From positions 350,486,001 through 350,550,000 of the forward strand of contig OZ024743.1 in the NCBI GenBank assembly GCA_964016885.1: a stretch of 64,000 nt of DNA. The letters run 5' to 3'. Shown one piece after another: positions 39,170 through 53,314 of this stretch (the stretch's first letter is position 1; every line of letters begins with the position of its first letter). Below the pieces are notes generated by a model, which searched no databases, was not told the origin of the DNA, and saw only the letters and a list, made by a program, of their open reading frames with translations. The stretch is from Eledone cirrhosa. Its lineage: Eukaryota. The position numbers were made by a program, and so were the translations under genes.

Positions 39170-39392
39170 GGTGGTGGCTTTCAGGTATAGATAGACGTCG
39201 GACAACTTGATTTATGGCAGAGAGTTACGCCTCTTTACTGTCTGATTTCAAATCTCGTCGACGTTAGTTTTGCCTTTCATCCTTACGGGGTGGGGGTCGA
39301 TAAAATAAAGTATCAGTAATGCACTGGGGTCGATTTAATCGACTTTCCCCTACCCCAAAATTGTTGGCTTTGTACCTAAATTAGAAACCAAT
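39170..39392 (+). mobile_element. SINE copy of the abundant family
   Basis: TTGCCTTTCATCCTTACGGGG..GTCGATAAAATAAAGTATCAGT core and tail. Confidence 0.8.
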
Positions 39393-40002
39393 ATTAGCTA
39401 AAAAGCGTAACTCTCATTGACAAATCCAGAATTTGTAAGAATAAAATAATTTGATTAGTTTCATTTCTCTAATTCCCAAAGCAAATAAGGCATTGTTTTC
39501 CACTTTATAAGTCTTAAGTGAAGGAAATTTTATCCCACTGACCTCCCGGTAAATCTTATAGGCTGTCACTACTTCCAAAAGAAAATATTGCTTTGTTTCA
39601 GCATTTTAAAATTCATTCCCCCGACCTCTCAACCTAACACATATTTACCCAGTAAGCTCCATGATCAAAAAGAGCCACAAGTGAAAAGTGTTGTGATCTG
39701 TCTTCTCTAGGCAGATGGCATTGACGTAGTGTGTATATTGTATTTATATATACGCTTGTGTGTATGGTATATACTATGAGCTATCTGTGAGTAATTATGT
39801 GTTTTTGTGTGCATTATATGTGATTATATGTGTGTGTTTGTGCGCGTATCTTTGTATGTAAGCATATATGTATGTACGTATATATATATGTATCTATGTC
39901 AGGTCGCTCTCGAGCGCTACTGGTAACATGTAACCCAGTACAACCTGTCTCGTGATCGGGGGGTCGTCGGCGACTAAACCGGCAACCCCCCAAGCTTGCT
40001 TG

Positions 40003-40092
40003 GTGAGGAGGGTAATATTTGGACACCCTGCGGGATCAAATACAAAACCCGGCAAAGTGCGGAGGAACTGAGCAGAATCAACGACCATCCAA
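40003..40092 (+). repeat. Dispersed repeat (second copy 56651-56737), possibly a LINE 5' leader
   Basis: GGAGGGT-A-TTTGGACACCCTGCGGG...CAAAACCC..CAAAG-GCGG-GAACT..AG-TCAAC..CCATCCAA in both copies. Confidence 0.55.
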
Positions 40093-40511
40093 ATAGTACT
40101 TTTTTTTACCTGGGAGTAAAAGGCCCCCAGTTGTTGTCACCACACCTTTCTAAGAGAGAGAAACTCTGGAAAAAAAAACCTGCGGCTTCGGAAGCATCCG
40201 ATGATGTTGACAAGTTCTCCTTTTCGGGTAGTGTTTCCGATGCTCAAAGAGTGGGATTGGTCGAGTGCAAGGTCTTTCCCCACTTAAAAAACTTTCAAAG
40301 CACAGGCATTGATTGTTCAGGATATGTTAAAGGTTAGTGTGGCTGGCCGTAGATTATAAGTGCACCAAACTCTATAATCTGAGAAGCGATTGCAATACTC
40401 TTAACATACTTTGCAGCCATCATGTATGTATGTATATATGTATTTATATATGTATGCATGCATTTATGCATGTATATATGTATATATGTGTGTATGTATG
40501 TGTGTATGTAT

Positions 40512-40720
40512 GGTGGTACATAAAGATTGTGTCCCACAGGGAGACAATACCGATCCTATGGAAAGCACAACTCCCTTCTGTCACCTGTGTCATAAAACAT
40601 GCAGATCTACAGCTGGTCTACAAAGTCATCTACGAAGTCATGGACGCTAATGGGATGAAAATGAAGAATCAATAAGAGACGGCAATCGTCTGTGAAGACG
40701 CTGCGATCCCCATGTATGTA
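40512..40720 (+). mobile_element. RTE-clade LINE 3' end inserted in (TATG)n
   Basis: C-terminal finger CHLCHKTCRSTAGLQSHLRSH*, short UTR, (TATG)n on both sides. Confidence 0.7.
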
Positions 40721-41097
40721 TGCATGCATGTATGTGTGTGAGGGGGTATGTCTGTGAGTTTTACAATCCTCGGAGCCAATAAAACGTTAGAACAATTAAT
40801 GCAAATCAGTAATCATACCAACTCGTTCCCAAGGCCATGCTTAGTGGTAACAAATTTTCAGCAATTCTAGATTCCTGTATTTCGTATTTCAGATTTAGAA
40901 ACGTTTCTATTTCTTCGCGTTTTTGTCTACCACTCTAGTTTCAAATGAGCAAGCAACATCGATTAGCCAACACATTCTTTCCTCTTTATTGAGAATCTGG
41001 GCGGTAATATTCCATTTGCTTATCCGTTTGTGTTCTGGTTTGCGTCACTTTGTTTCTCTCCTTTCTCTGTTTCACTCTCTCCCTCTCTACTTTACAG

Positions 41098-41305
41098 GAC
41101 AAAATGGAAGAAACAGTTGGCTTCTCGACTGAAATTAGCCCAGAGACAAGGGATTTTACCATCTGCCTACTGGAATGCAGCCTTCCCAAGCTATACAAAT
41201 ATTTTTCAACCTTACCCTTCTTCAAATCTCTCTGATCTATCATCAAATCAAACAGCTCAGATTCAACCGTCATCGAGTCTCTCGTTTGCAATGAATCTCA
41301 GCTAA
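41098..41305 (+). CDS. Abox: Last coding exon of the Abox/ceh-19-like homeobox gene
   Basis: Long pyrimidine tract + tttacag|G ACA AAA TGG. The phase-2 join with 29268 gives WFQNRRTKWKKQLASRLKLAQRQG...MNLS*. AATAAA at 41339-41344. Confidence 0.92.
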
Positions 41306-41471
41306 ATCTATCTACAAAACAAACCATAGCATTTTTCAAATAAAATTAAATCACACTACCATTATTTATAGCATTTCTCTCTTCATCTCTCACTCCACTT
41401 TTTCACCTCCTTTCTCCCCTCTTTTTCACATTCTCTCTCTCTCTCATCGCTCTCCCCCCCCCTCTCTCGCT

Positions 41472-41590
<119 letters not shown>

Positions 41591-42277
41591 CTCTCTCTCT
41601 CTCTTTCCTTCATATATGGCAAAGCCTTTTCAATGACATTTCAAAAGACAATTCCTTGAATAAAAGTTCTGAAATGTAATTTTGTACACAGCATGAAAAA
41701 GATTTTTATTTATTTATTTATTTATTCATTAAAACTGATGTGCCGTCTCAAGGATTCTTTTCGGTCATGCTTCTGCAAAATTCTTGAATTTGACTTGTTA
41801 ATTCCGGTCTGGGAGGACATTTAATTGTAACTAGAATCTTAAAAGAGAGCTTCTTTTTTATAAGATCAGAACACGAAGAAGGCATTAACTATAGGTCTTA
41901 ACTACAATACCGTTCTATAAAGAAAATCTAGACCTGATTCAGCAAACCTATTTACTAAGTATTTGCAGGACTGTCTGTTGGGTTCTGCTTTCATGTACAA
42001 TAAAAGATTTAAGTTGATAATAATTAAGAATAATATTACTTCTAAGGGAAATAGGATATATCAACCACTTGTTAAGCAGAAAAAACGAAAATGACGTTCC
42101 CCATATGGAATCCAAGTCGATTCTAATATACCTAAGCCATTCTTTGACATTTTTCTCCAGACAATAAATACTATAAGGTAATAAATAAATACAGTTAGTC
42201 TTTCCTTCTCTACTACTCCTTACTTTGCCTTCACAACTAACCCATCAGTTAATTGAGGCAAAAAAGTAAAGACTCTC

Positions 42278-42595
42278 TTCGGTCAGGAATGACCATGGGA
42301 TTTACACCTAGAAAGTTTCCCTTCCGAGGAACAAGTCCGGGAAGCTTGTTTGTGAAAGACAAGTTATCACCCATGCATACCAGCCTCCCCTCCTCATGCC
42401 ACCGATGTTGTCCAAGGCAATGGCCGATACAGCTTGGCACCAGTGACGTCGCAACTCAATTCTACAGCTGAGTAAACTGGAGCAACGTAAAATAAAGTGT
42501 TTTGCTCAAGGATACAACGTATCAACCGGTCCGAGAATCGAACTCACAACCTATCAATTGCAAGCCCAATGTTCTAACCACCACTAAGCAATACG
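42278..42595 (-). mobile_element. tRNA-derived SINE, near full length
   Basis: Minus strand GTGGTTAG..GTTCGATTC head, then CCTTGAGCAAAACACTTT central block. Confidence 0.75.
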
Positions 42596-42943
42596 CATTC
42601 ACAATACTATAATAAATTCACAATAATTTAGGCAATGAAGCTAAAATTGTTAATAGTCAGTCTAATGATTATTTGAAATCTAATTCTAATCTAAATAAAT
42701 CTAACTACCAAGATAATGAATCTACCATATCTATAAATACCAAAATTATTATCAGCCATTCCTCTCCATAGTACTCCTTCTACGGCAATGATGCTCTTGC
42801 CCCGATTTGGCGGAGAGGAATCGCAGTCTGGGGACCCGAAAACATAGTATTGTATCAACAGTGACTGGCACAAAATAATTCATTTCTTTTCTTCTTTAAG
42901 ATGTTCGGGTGTGGTTTGAGGAAGATTTTATTGACTCGTTGAC

Positions 42944-42978
<35 letters not shown>

Positions 42979-43654
42979 TTTTGCTTTTTGTCATATAATC
43001 ACAGACTTTGATTGAGCAGGCCTTAGACACATAGATAGCGAGCTGAACAACCAAATACCATCCACATATTTATTTTCCTAGGCATTCTTTGTCTAAATCA
43101 TAACCAAACTGCACTTTCCAGTATGCAGTAAGGAATAATATGGCGTGTAGTGTGATAGCCTTAGCATGTGTTCTCTCCAGTTTATTTATATGCACGTGTT
43201 TTTGTTGTTATTGTTGTTGTTGCTGCTGTTCTTCTTCCTTTTGTATATCTCCTGTTCTCTCTGTGTGTGTATGTTGTGAAATGTAACAATCAGTTAATAT
43301 TGTCTAGACAAAATATATCCAAGACCATGCGTAAATATATATAAATATAAAAGTACAAGAAAACGGAAAAGTAAGAAAAGAACTTACACGAAGATGGAAA
43401 AAAAACGATTCCTAAGGCCTACATAGTTGTCTCGAGTCGACAAGAAATAATGCCAAGAACCATTAAAATACACTGGGTAGTTGCTGGCCTTGTGCCAAAA
43501 GTAGCAACAATTATTAGATAACGGGCATCATTAAGATGTTTAGCTGATCATCAGTAGGTCACATCATACTAAATACACATAGATATGTCATCGGCCATGC
43601 AGTCAAAACACAAACTGTGAATGCTCATGCAAATGCCATTTAGGCAGAAGGATA

Positions 43655-43931
43655 CAGGTGGGCCAACAGGAATGCTAAAAATAGTTCCTTATTTGACCCA
43701 TAAGTCAACTCAACTAAAATCACAAATGTTAGGAGCAAAAATAAAAAAATTATAATTTTGAAATACATAACAAGTTATATCTATATATCTATACAGGGTC
43801 TTAGATACATTTTATCTAGGCAATATTAACGGATGTATTACTGTATTTCTCTCCAAATAATTTTAATTGTAGTAGAGCTGACTTATGGACTTAACGACGA
43901 GCCATTTTTAGCATTCCTGTTGGCCCATCTG
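43655..43931. mobile_element. Fold-back/MITE-like element
   Basis: CAGGTGGGCCAACAGGAATGCTAAAAAT (43655-43682) versus ATTTTTAGCATTCCTGTTGGCCCATCTG (43904-43931); inner CCATAAGTCA/TGACTTATGG also pair. Confidence 0.7.
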
Positions 43932-43969
43932 ATTGCCAGGTAATGCGATCGATATTTTGTGTATTGATT

Positions 43970-44051
<82 letters not shown>

Positions 44052-44943
44052 CATAGTCCATGTTTTATCTATGAAGCCCTGGGTCGGCTTTGATTTAGAC
44101 CTATGAATAAAGTATTTGTAGCAATGACAATTGGACCCTGCTCTCGTGTATAATTTATATACACGCGTCGTACTATAATCATTGGTGTTGTGTAAAATGG
44201 TTATCTAGGTTGTTATTTTTTAGTTCCGTTCCACCCTTGATTAAGCAGAATTATTATCAAAGTCTTTCCATTCATAGCTATTCCACCTTTTTGCATAAAT
44301 AAGACTACAAAGTCCAATGTATCCTTCTTCTTTATTTTAACAGTAGAATGTGATTTGAGGGAATTTGAGGGAATTTGATTGATATTTCTAGCCAATCGAC
44401 TAAGTACAGGCTTCATCATTAGTGTGGGATCACTGAAGCGTTTAAAAGAGGGCTCCATTAGCGAGGAATTGTCGCTAATATGTGTGATTCTGCTCTGGTT
44501 ATTCTACAAAAATGCCACACAAGAGAAATTTAAATGACATCTTCAAACGAAGTATTATTTACAGCTTAGCTGGTTTATTATTTTGAAAGCTTCGTGTGCT
44601 TAACCTCAGTAGTCGAATAAAGTCAAATTTATTGATGTGAATCATTGTTTTATTATTTTGTTTACAGATCATTTATTTTTTACTTTCGCGATACTTTTTT
44701 ACTGTGACTTTATCTTATTACTAAGCCTGAAGGGGAAGTGTAATGCTGCCTAACAAAAAGCACGGTGTGATTAAAAAACAATTTAACATCAGAGATAAAT
44801 AAGATTTTTTTAATAACGTTCAGTAGACGTTCCCTATATATGTATATATTATGTTTATAGAGCATGATAATCAGTAATTCAGGTGAATCCGAAAAAGTAA
44901 TCGAAGTGATCCAATGAAGTATACATATATATATATATGAACG

Positions 44944-45187
44944 AAAAAGATGAAATCGAAAATGCATCTGGGGTGTTTTTAAGAATATTTATTTGTTTCC
45001 TTTACCGGTTTCACAGTTCTTATGCTTTTCAAAAGTAGTATTGAGATGGAGGGTTTGTGGTTGAGAAAAGGCACAAACCCTCCATCTCAATACTACTTTT
45101 GAAAAGCATAAGAACTGTGAAACCGGTAAAGGAAATAAATAAATATTCTTAAAAATACTCCAGTTGCATTTTCGATTTCATCTTTTT
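44944..45187. repeat. Hairpin with ~115-bp arms and 12-nt loop; arms carry GAAA-CCGG-TA (hammerhead 3' half)
   Basis: 44944-45059 versus 45072-45187. Confidence 0.85.
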
Positions 45188-45320
45188 TTCTTATACTTTC
45201 ACTTGTGTAGGACATCCAGTTTTTTATTTTCATTTTGAAAAAACACCACAGGACTCCGACGGCTGAGCTCCGGCCGTTTCGACAGCACCTACATCTGAAC
45301 TAAACCAGTAGTATTCTACT

Positions 45321-45389
<69 letters not shown>

Positions 45390-45486
45390 GTATTTATATA
45401 TATATATATATGTATATATATGTATTTATATATATATATATGTTTATATTTATATGTATTTATATATATATATATATATATATATG

Positions 45487-45527
<41 letters not shown>

Positions 45528-45701
45528 TTATATATATATATATATATATATGTATTTATATATATATATATGTATATATATATATGTATTTATATATATA
45601 TATATATATATATATGTATTTATATATATATATATGTATATATATATACATATATATATATGTATGTATATATCTATATGTATATATATATTTATGTGTG
45701 T

Positions 45702-45742
<41 letters not shown>

Positions 45743-45785
45743 GACGAAACATAAGTCAATTGCATGAACTCATAATCCTTTATTT

Positions 45786-45841
45786 ACTGCTATATATATT
45801 TCGATGATAGCCATTGAATGGCTATGACCTCATCAGGCAGT
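45786..45841 (-). ncRNA. Type I minimal hammerhead ribozyme
   Basis: Minus strand: ACTGC-CTGATGA-GGTCATAGCCATT c AATGGCTATCATC-GAAA-TATATA-TA-GCAGT. Confidence 0.8.
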
Positions 45842-46770
45842 TAGTCAGTTCTTAGATATGCCAGCTCTGTGTTTATAGTGTTGATGGTATCAGATCCTAG
45901 GGACATATGAACTTGTTAGGAATAATTTAATGTTGGCAGCAGGAATAGTCTTGATTCTCATTGGTCAGTTTGTAGATGCTAGTAGGGTTGGTATTTGACC
46001 TCAAAGAGGCAGGTGGTGTTGTAAAGTTCAGACCGTCAGGCAAGATGACAATAGTTCCATATGACTGATTTTCACAAAAAGCATTTCTGGTCAGATATAT
46101 ATTCAATTAGGGTTAATAGTATGAAATAGATACTACAGGTCATTCTTAAATTGAGGAATTTATGTGGAGTGGTGCTACTGAAATTTATGGTTAGAGTAGA
46201 AAATTTACAAATAAAAAGACTTATGTAGGTTGGCTTGCACGTACACTCACACCCACCTCCACAGACACACACATCCACACATACAAAATGTGTGGTGGTA
46301 ATACTAACAATTGTTAGCAGCAGCAAGATATAAGCTGACCACAACACCAACAACACTACCAAAATAATGGTAGAGGTCAAAACTGAACAATAGCAGGCAA
46401 AAACACTACAGGGAGCCTCACCCCAGAAAGAATTCTACAGACTTCTGACTGAGGAATGCTCTCAGAACTGACCAATGGGAAGTTTGACACTTTTTTTGTT
46501 ATTTTGTTCCTTTAACACATTGTCCCTTCTACCATTTTATCAATTTTTAAGCTAACTCCAACAATAACAACACTTAGAATGAGGAATGTTCTAATAACTG
46601 ACCAATGAGAGGAGAAGAGGACCTTTGACACAGAAATTCGTTTGTTTGAATTCATATGACTCCAGTTCCTCAGTGAATTAACAACCCAACAAGGAACTGG
46701 GCATATCAGAGTATTGACAATATTATACACCTAAACAACATATGTACTTGTCTATACCATACTAATTCAA

Positions 46771-46825
46771 ACTGCCTGAAGAGGTGACAGCCAAAGATGG
46801 CTGTCACTGAAATATATAGAGCAGT
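46771..46825 (+). ncRNA. Hammerhead homolog of 45786-45841, probably inactivated (U16.1 to G at 46819)
   Basis: ACTGC-CTGAAGA-GGTGACAGCCA aaga TGGCTGTCACT-GAAA-TATATA-GA-GCAGT, followed by AATAAA. Confidence 0.7.
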
Positions 46826-46966
46826 AATAAACGAAGCTAAATTTTAATCATTTGATTTTTATTTAACTTTATTTTACACTACTCCGGTGTAACCAAACCA
46901 ACCTGCGCACTTCGTCGAGTGCTCCAACCTGCATACTGAGGTGTTGGTATACAACCAACATAAACT

Positions 46967-47048
<82 letters not shown>

Positions 47049-47233
47049 GTATATGTATGTATATGTACACTATAATAAAGTAAGGAGTGCGGGACTGCGT
47101 ACGGTTTATTTCTTTTAATCCAGTAAGTAAAATAAGTTGGGTTAATTTGAATAACTAATGAATGAATATTACATAATTTCTCTACTAAATTTCGTAGCTG
47201 TTGATTTAAGATGTTTTTCATTACGTTGGTGTA

Positions 47234-47324
47234 TCCCTTGATAAGTTGGCCCACGTCTCAATAATGTTGCATCTCTATCATGTAAGATTTTTGCATAATA
47301 GCCAACGAAACTGTACAGTCGGGA
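47234..47324 (+). ncRNA. Type I hammerhead with U3:A8 core covariation and long stem II
   Basis: TCCC-TTGATAA-GTTGGC...GCCAAC-GAAA-CTG ta CAG-TC-GGGA; GUC triplet at 47318-47320. Confidence 0.75.
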
Positions 47325-47415
47325 ATTTGAGGAAAAAAATAAGTATTTATTTATGTCTAATATTTCTTCTTACTTTATAATATATATATATATATATATA
47401 CAGTATATATATATG

Positions 47416-47506
<91 letters not shown>

Positions 47507-47545
47507 AATAATGGAGCTGCGGCGTTGCAAATGGGTTACATATGA

Positions 47546-47896
47546 AAAAGTGAGTCCTTCATCAGTGACCCTCCAACCGTCCTAGGCATTTCATCGCTTT
47601 AAGGGCCATATACCTCAGGTTGGTGCGAACAACGGCTAAAAAAAGTCGTTGGGACACGTAAATAAAGAGAACGTTAGGGTGAACAAACAAAATGGTTTAA
47701 GCAACAGAAAGTGAGAAGAAAGAGACAAGTCCCAGATTTCTATGAATATAAACTCGATAAAATCGTGAACGAGAGAATAAAGACCATCAAACCTGGTTGA
47801 AATGTGAGCAAGGAAGGAATTTCGCAGTGGTCTAACGGGGGGAAGAAGAAGGGGTCTGGTCTGCGAATTCGGTAAACATAAGTTCTGTGAAGTCGC

Positions 47897-47994
<98 letters not shown>

Positions 47995-48455
47995 AAATTC
48001 ATACCGGCTTGGCCAAGAGTGCGCGAGATAAGTAATCGGACAGGTCAAGCGGGAAGAAAGAGGAGAGGAGGAGAGGTAGTGACAGGTTTTTTCTCTCTCT
48101 CTCTCGTCTGCGACTTCACAGAACTTATGTTTACCGAATTCGCAGACCAGACCCCTTCTTCTTCCCCCCGTTAGACCACTGCGAAATTCCTTCCTTGCTC
48201 ACATTTCAACCAGGTTTGATGGTCTTTATTCTCTCGTTCACGATTTTATCGAGTTTATATTCATAGAAATCTGGGACTTGTCTCTTTCTTCTCACTTTCT
48301 GTTGCTTAAACCATTTTGTTTGTTCACCCTAACGTTCTCTTTATTTACGTGTCCCAACGACTTTTTTTAGCCGTTGTTCGCACCAACCTGAGGTATATGA
48401 CCCTTAAAGCGATGAAATGCCTAGGACGGTTGGAGGGTCACTGATGAAGGACTCA

Positions 48456-48461
<6 letters not shown>
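47546..48461. repeat. ~360-bp near-perfect inverted repeat between (TA)n tracts; each arm ends just after CTGATGAAGG
   Basis: 47546-47910 is the reverse complement of about 48093-48461; the spacer contains (GA)n. Confidence 0.9.
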
Positions 48462-49630
<1,169 letters not shown>

Positions 49631-50309
49631 CACAACATCAACTAGGTAGATATGTATGCATGTCTGCATGCATGCATGTGTAGATATGGATGTTATTGTA
49701 TGTGTGGATGTGGATGTTTTGAGTTGTATGTGTGCATGTGTATATGCTTTGTATCTGTACATGTGTATATGCAGTTATTACATATAGCCAATGTTTTTTG
49801 CCATTTTACAACAATTAAATAATATTTATATATATATATATATTTACAAAATATGAGACAATCAAATGTTTGCTTAATACATTTAATACATTTAATTGCA
49901 ATGTACATTTAATTACAAAAATTTGATTGTTTTATATTTTGTATTTCTGCACTGTAATACATCTGATAATTTACATAGTGCTATTTCTCTTACGTGTAAT
50001 TGGGTAGTGCAGCATACTCACCTTTGTTATTTATAATTATATATAACTCATATATAAGTATAAATACTATACTACTGACATGTCCAGCTCTTTGAAGAGA
50101 CTCTAATCCTATATGCTACATAGTTTGCAAGCTCGGTGGAGCACGAGACTGTGACGAAAGCGTTCACTGTTTGTAAAATAGGCTACTCTTCTGACTATAC
50201 ACACCCATTGCATCACTATAAACACTATGTACATACAGTTCTTGAGAGCGTACTTAATTATCATTCTACTTTTATGATTTATGCCATGTACCTCTTTACG
50301 CTGTATTTT

Positions 50310-50341
<32 letters not shown>

Positions 50342-51265
50342 TTAACGTCCATATTCCACACTAGCATGGTTAGACTGTCTTGTTTCATTTGATGCGCGAT
50401 TGGTTAGGAGACATGTCTTGCTTGTAAGGAACTATCTCTGGTAGGTTTTCTACGGCTGGATTCCCTTCATAACACCAAACACATTTACAGTGTAAACTGG
50501 GAGCCTTTTTACCGTTTCTCCTACACGACCACTTTACAGTGTGGACTAGGTGCTTTTTGTTGTAGACATGCATCTAAGTATATATGTTAAGTACAATTTG
50601 TGCTTACCCTGCAGAAATAACTGTATACGCTATGTGCTCCAAATGTGACGCTCTTGTAGACAGTGTAACTATTTATTGTTGCATATTTTTCCAGTCCCTT
50701 GCCTCACTTTTCAACCTCTCTATTATAAACTATTATACTGTTCTGCCTCTCTTCTCTTGACATGTTTTCTTTATAATTGTTCATACACCTTACGTTTCCA
50801 CGTTTTTGTTGATTTAAAATCCCTCTCATGTTATTAATTATTTATTTTTGACCAATCCTTTCTCATCTAAGTCTCTCTGGAAACTTGCTCATCCTCCTTC
50901 TCCCTATCACCAACTTTGTATTCATTTATCATTCACCACTTTACACTGCTTTCACGTACATTTGTTTCTTACATTTCCTTCCTGGTCCATAACATTGTTA
51001 TATTCCAAAGATTAGCTCGGTAATAAACAAGTTAGTTAATTACCTTCTCCAAATTCTTCATTATTTTCAAAATTACTTGAAAATCATAGGCATTGTCTAT
51101 CATTAAAAAGATGGTAACGAGAGGGTTAATCATTTTTTTCAATTCACTTGCACTTAGCTTTTCTCTTAAATTGTAATAGATGGTTGATGTTTTGTTTCCA
51201 GTTGTTCAGTCAAGAGAACCTTTTCATGGATAGACTCATTAACTGCTTAATGAACACAACCACAA

Positions 51266-51390
51266 GGATATGGTTTAAACGGGGAAGAGCCGAACTCCCA
51301 CTGTCAATGCCTCCATCTCTCTCGCCCTTCCCATCCCTCTGTATGGTGAACAAATGGGGTCCCACGTGCTGGCCTCCCCACAGCCCCGAG
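51266..51390 (-). mobile_element. 3' end fragment of the CRE-like family seen at 2165-2645
   Basis: High identity to 2175-2300 (GGAAGAGCCGA-CTCCCACTGTCA...CAAATGGGGTCCCACGTGCTGGCCT). Confidence 0.75.
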
Positions 51391-51506
51391 CTTTAGACAC
51401 ACACACACATACATGTATATGTGTGTGTGTGTGAGTGAGTGAGTGAGTGAGTGAGTGTGTGAGTGTGTGTGGGTGTGTGGGTGTGGGTGTGGGTGTGTGG
51501 GTGTGT

Positions 51507-51608
<102 letters not shown>

Positions 51609-51738
51609 GTGTGTGTGTGTAAATAAACAATCTATTTTTGCAAGCGATGAACGAACTACGAATTTTTTTTTTAATTAAAATAATTTAGGGTAAAGTTAAC
51701 GGCCACAAAAATAGTCTAAGTAGATTCTTAATTAATCG

Positions 51739-52133
51739 TCTTACGATCGTTTAAGAGGGTTAATTCATTATGATAAATCGATATATTGACTAATTGCGAC
51801 TGGTTATGCCATCATCTGTTACAAAACAAAGACGGTGAGATGGACCTAGGACATCAAAACTAGTAATAGGGGGCGGCATAACCACTCTTTATTATTAATG
51901 AATTGGCAGTATCGGTAGAGGGTCGGACGCCATGCTTTCCAGCATAGTTACGTCCCTTTACGATCCGAGTTCAAATCTCGCCGAGGTTGACTTTGCCTTT
52001 CATCCTTACGGGGTCGATAAAATAAAGTACCAGTAATGTACTGGGTAATTGCTGGCCTTGTGCCTAAAGTAGAAACAATTATTAAATATATCGATTTATC
52101 ATGATGAGGCAACGCTCTGAACTGATCGTAAAA
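51739..52133. mobile_element. MITE-like element interrupted by a SINE (about 51895-52082)
   Basis: TTACGATCG..AGAGGGTT..CATTATGATAAATCGATATATT versus AATATATCGATTTATCATGATG..AACGCTCT..GATCGTAA. Confidence 0.6.
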
Positions 52134-52232
52134 CAATGAAATAATTAAGCACCTATCTTCGCCTTTTGATCTATTTTCATTGTTCAAAACATGCTTACAC
52201 ACACGCACACATATATATATATATATATATAT

Positions 52233-53312
52233 CCTTGTTAAGCCAACCCGGTAAGGCTAATGCTAAGTATCTTGCAAATGATTGTCGAGTCGAAGCTAGC
52301 TGATGAACAGTGTGTTTCGCTCCGGTTTAGCACAGCCGACCAAATATACATACTGCGGCAGGTTTTCGAGAAATCGTGGGAGTGTTGTCAAGAAGTATAC
52401 TCTTGTTTTGTAGACCTCGAAAAGGCATATCACCACATTCCTCGGGAACTGCTGTGGAGGTTTCTGCAGAAGTATGAGATCGATGGTCAGCTTCTTGTTG
52501 CCCTGATGTCTCTCTATGAATGCCCGAGTATTATGTTCGGATAAATGATGCTAAATAGAAACTATTCAATGTGGGAATTGGACTCTGCCAAGGGTGCATA
52601 CTGTCACATTTCCTGTTCATTATTTTCAATAACAGGATTGACATGCGCAGCCTGGTTGGAAATGGTATCACGACTTGCAAGTGTCAAATCAGTAGGCGGA
52701 AATTTGCAGATGACATGGTGTTACCTAACTCAACAGAAGATGATCTCCGACTTGCACTTGATATGTTTGTTACCGAGTTCTGCATGGCTGGAATGAAAAT
52801 CAGTGCTGCGAAAACAGATACACATCCTTTCAAGAATGCCTGTGCAGTGTACTCTACATGTAAATTGAATTACACTGAAGCAGATGGAGAAGTTCAAGTA
52901 TCTCAGGGCCGTGTTCATGAGTGATGGAAGGCAGGAGGCTGAATTAAGTGCAATAATTCGGTAATCAGAAGAAGGGAAGTAGGTGTAAAACCCTTACTAA
53001 TGGTTATGAATCTTGGGTAATGACCGAAAAAATACGATCGCGAATACAAGCATCTGAAATGGGCTTCCTCCGAAGGGTCTTTGGAGTAATGTTATTCGAT
53101 AGAGTGTGTAGCTCGGAGATCAGAGAGTCACTTTAAGTAGAACCATTACTTCTCCGAATTGAAAGATCACAGCTCCGATTCTATGGGCATGTGGTTAGAA
53201 TGTCTCAGGAAAGAATCGGTGGACTAATTGTACGGCTAAAACCAACCGGCAGGAGACCCAGAGATAGACACTGAACACGATGGTTGGATAACATCCATGA
53301 GCTTGGGTGGTC
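52233..53312 (+). mobile_element. Decayed RTE-clade LINE, RT and C-terminal part
   Basis: DQIYILRQVFEKSWE..FVDLEKAY, GLCQGCILS, FADDMVL, QLRFYGHVVRM. Confidence 0.85.
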
Positions 53313-53314
53313 TC

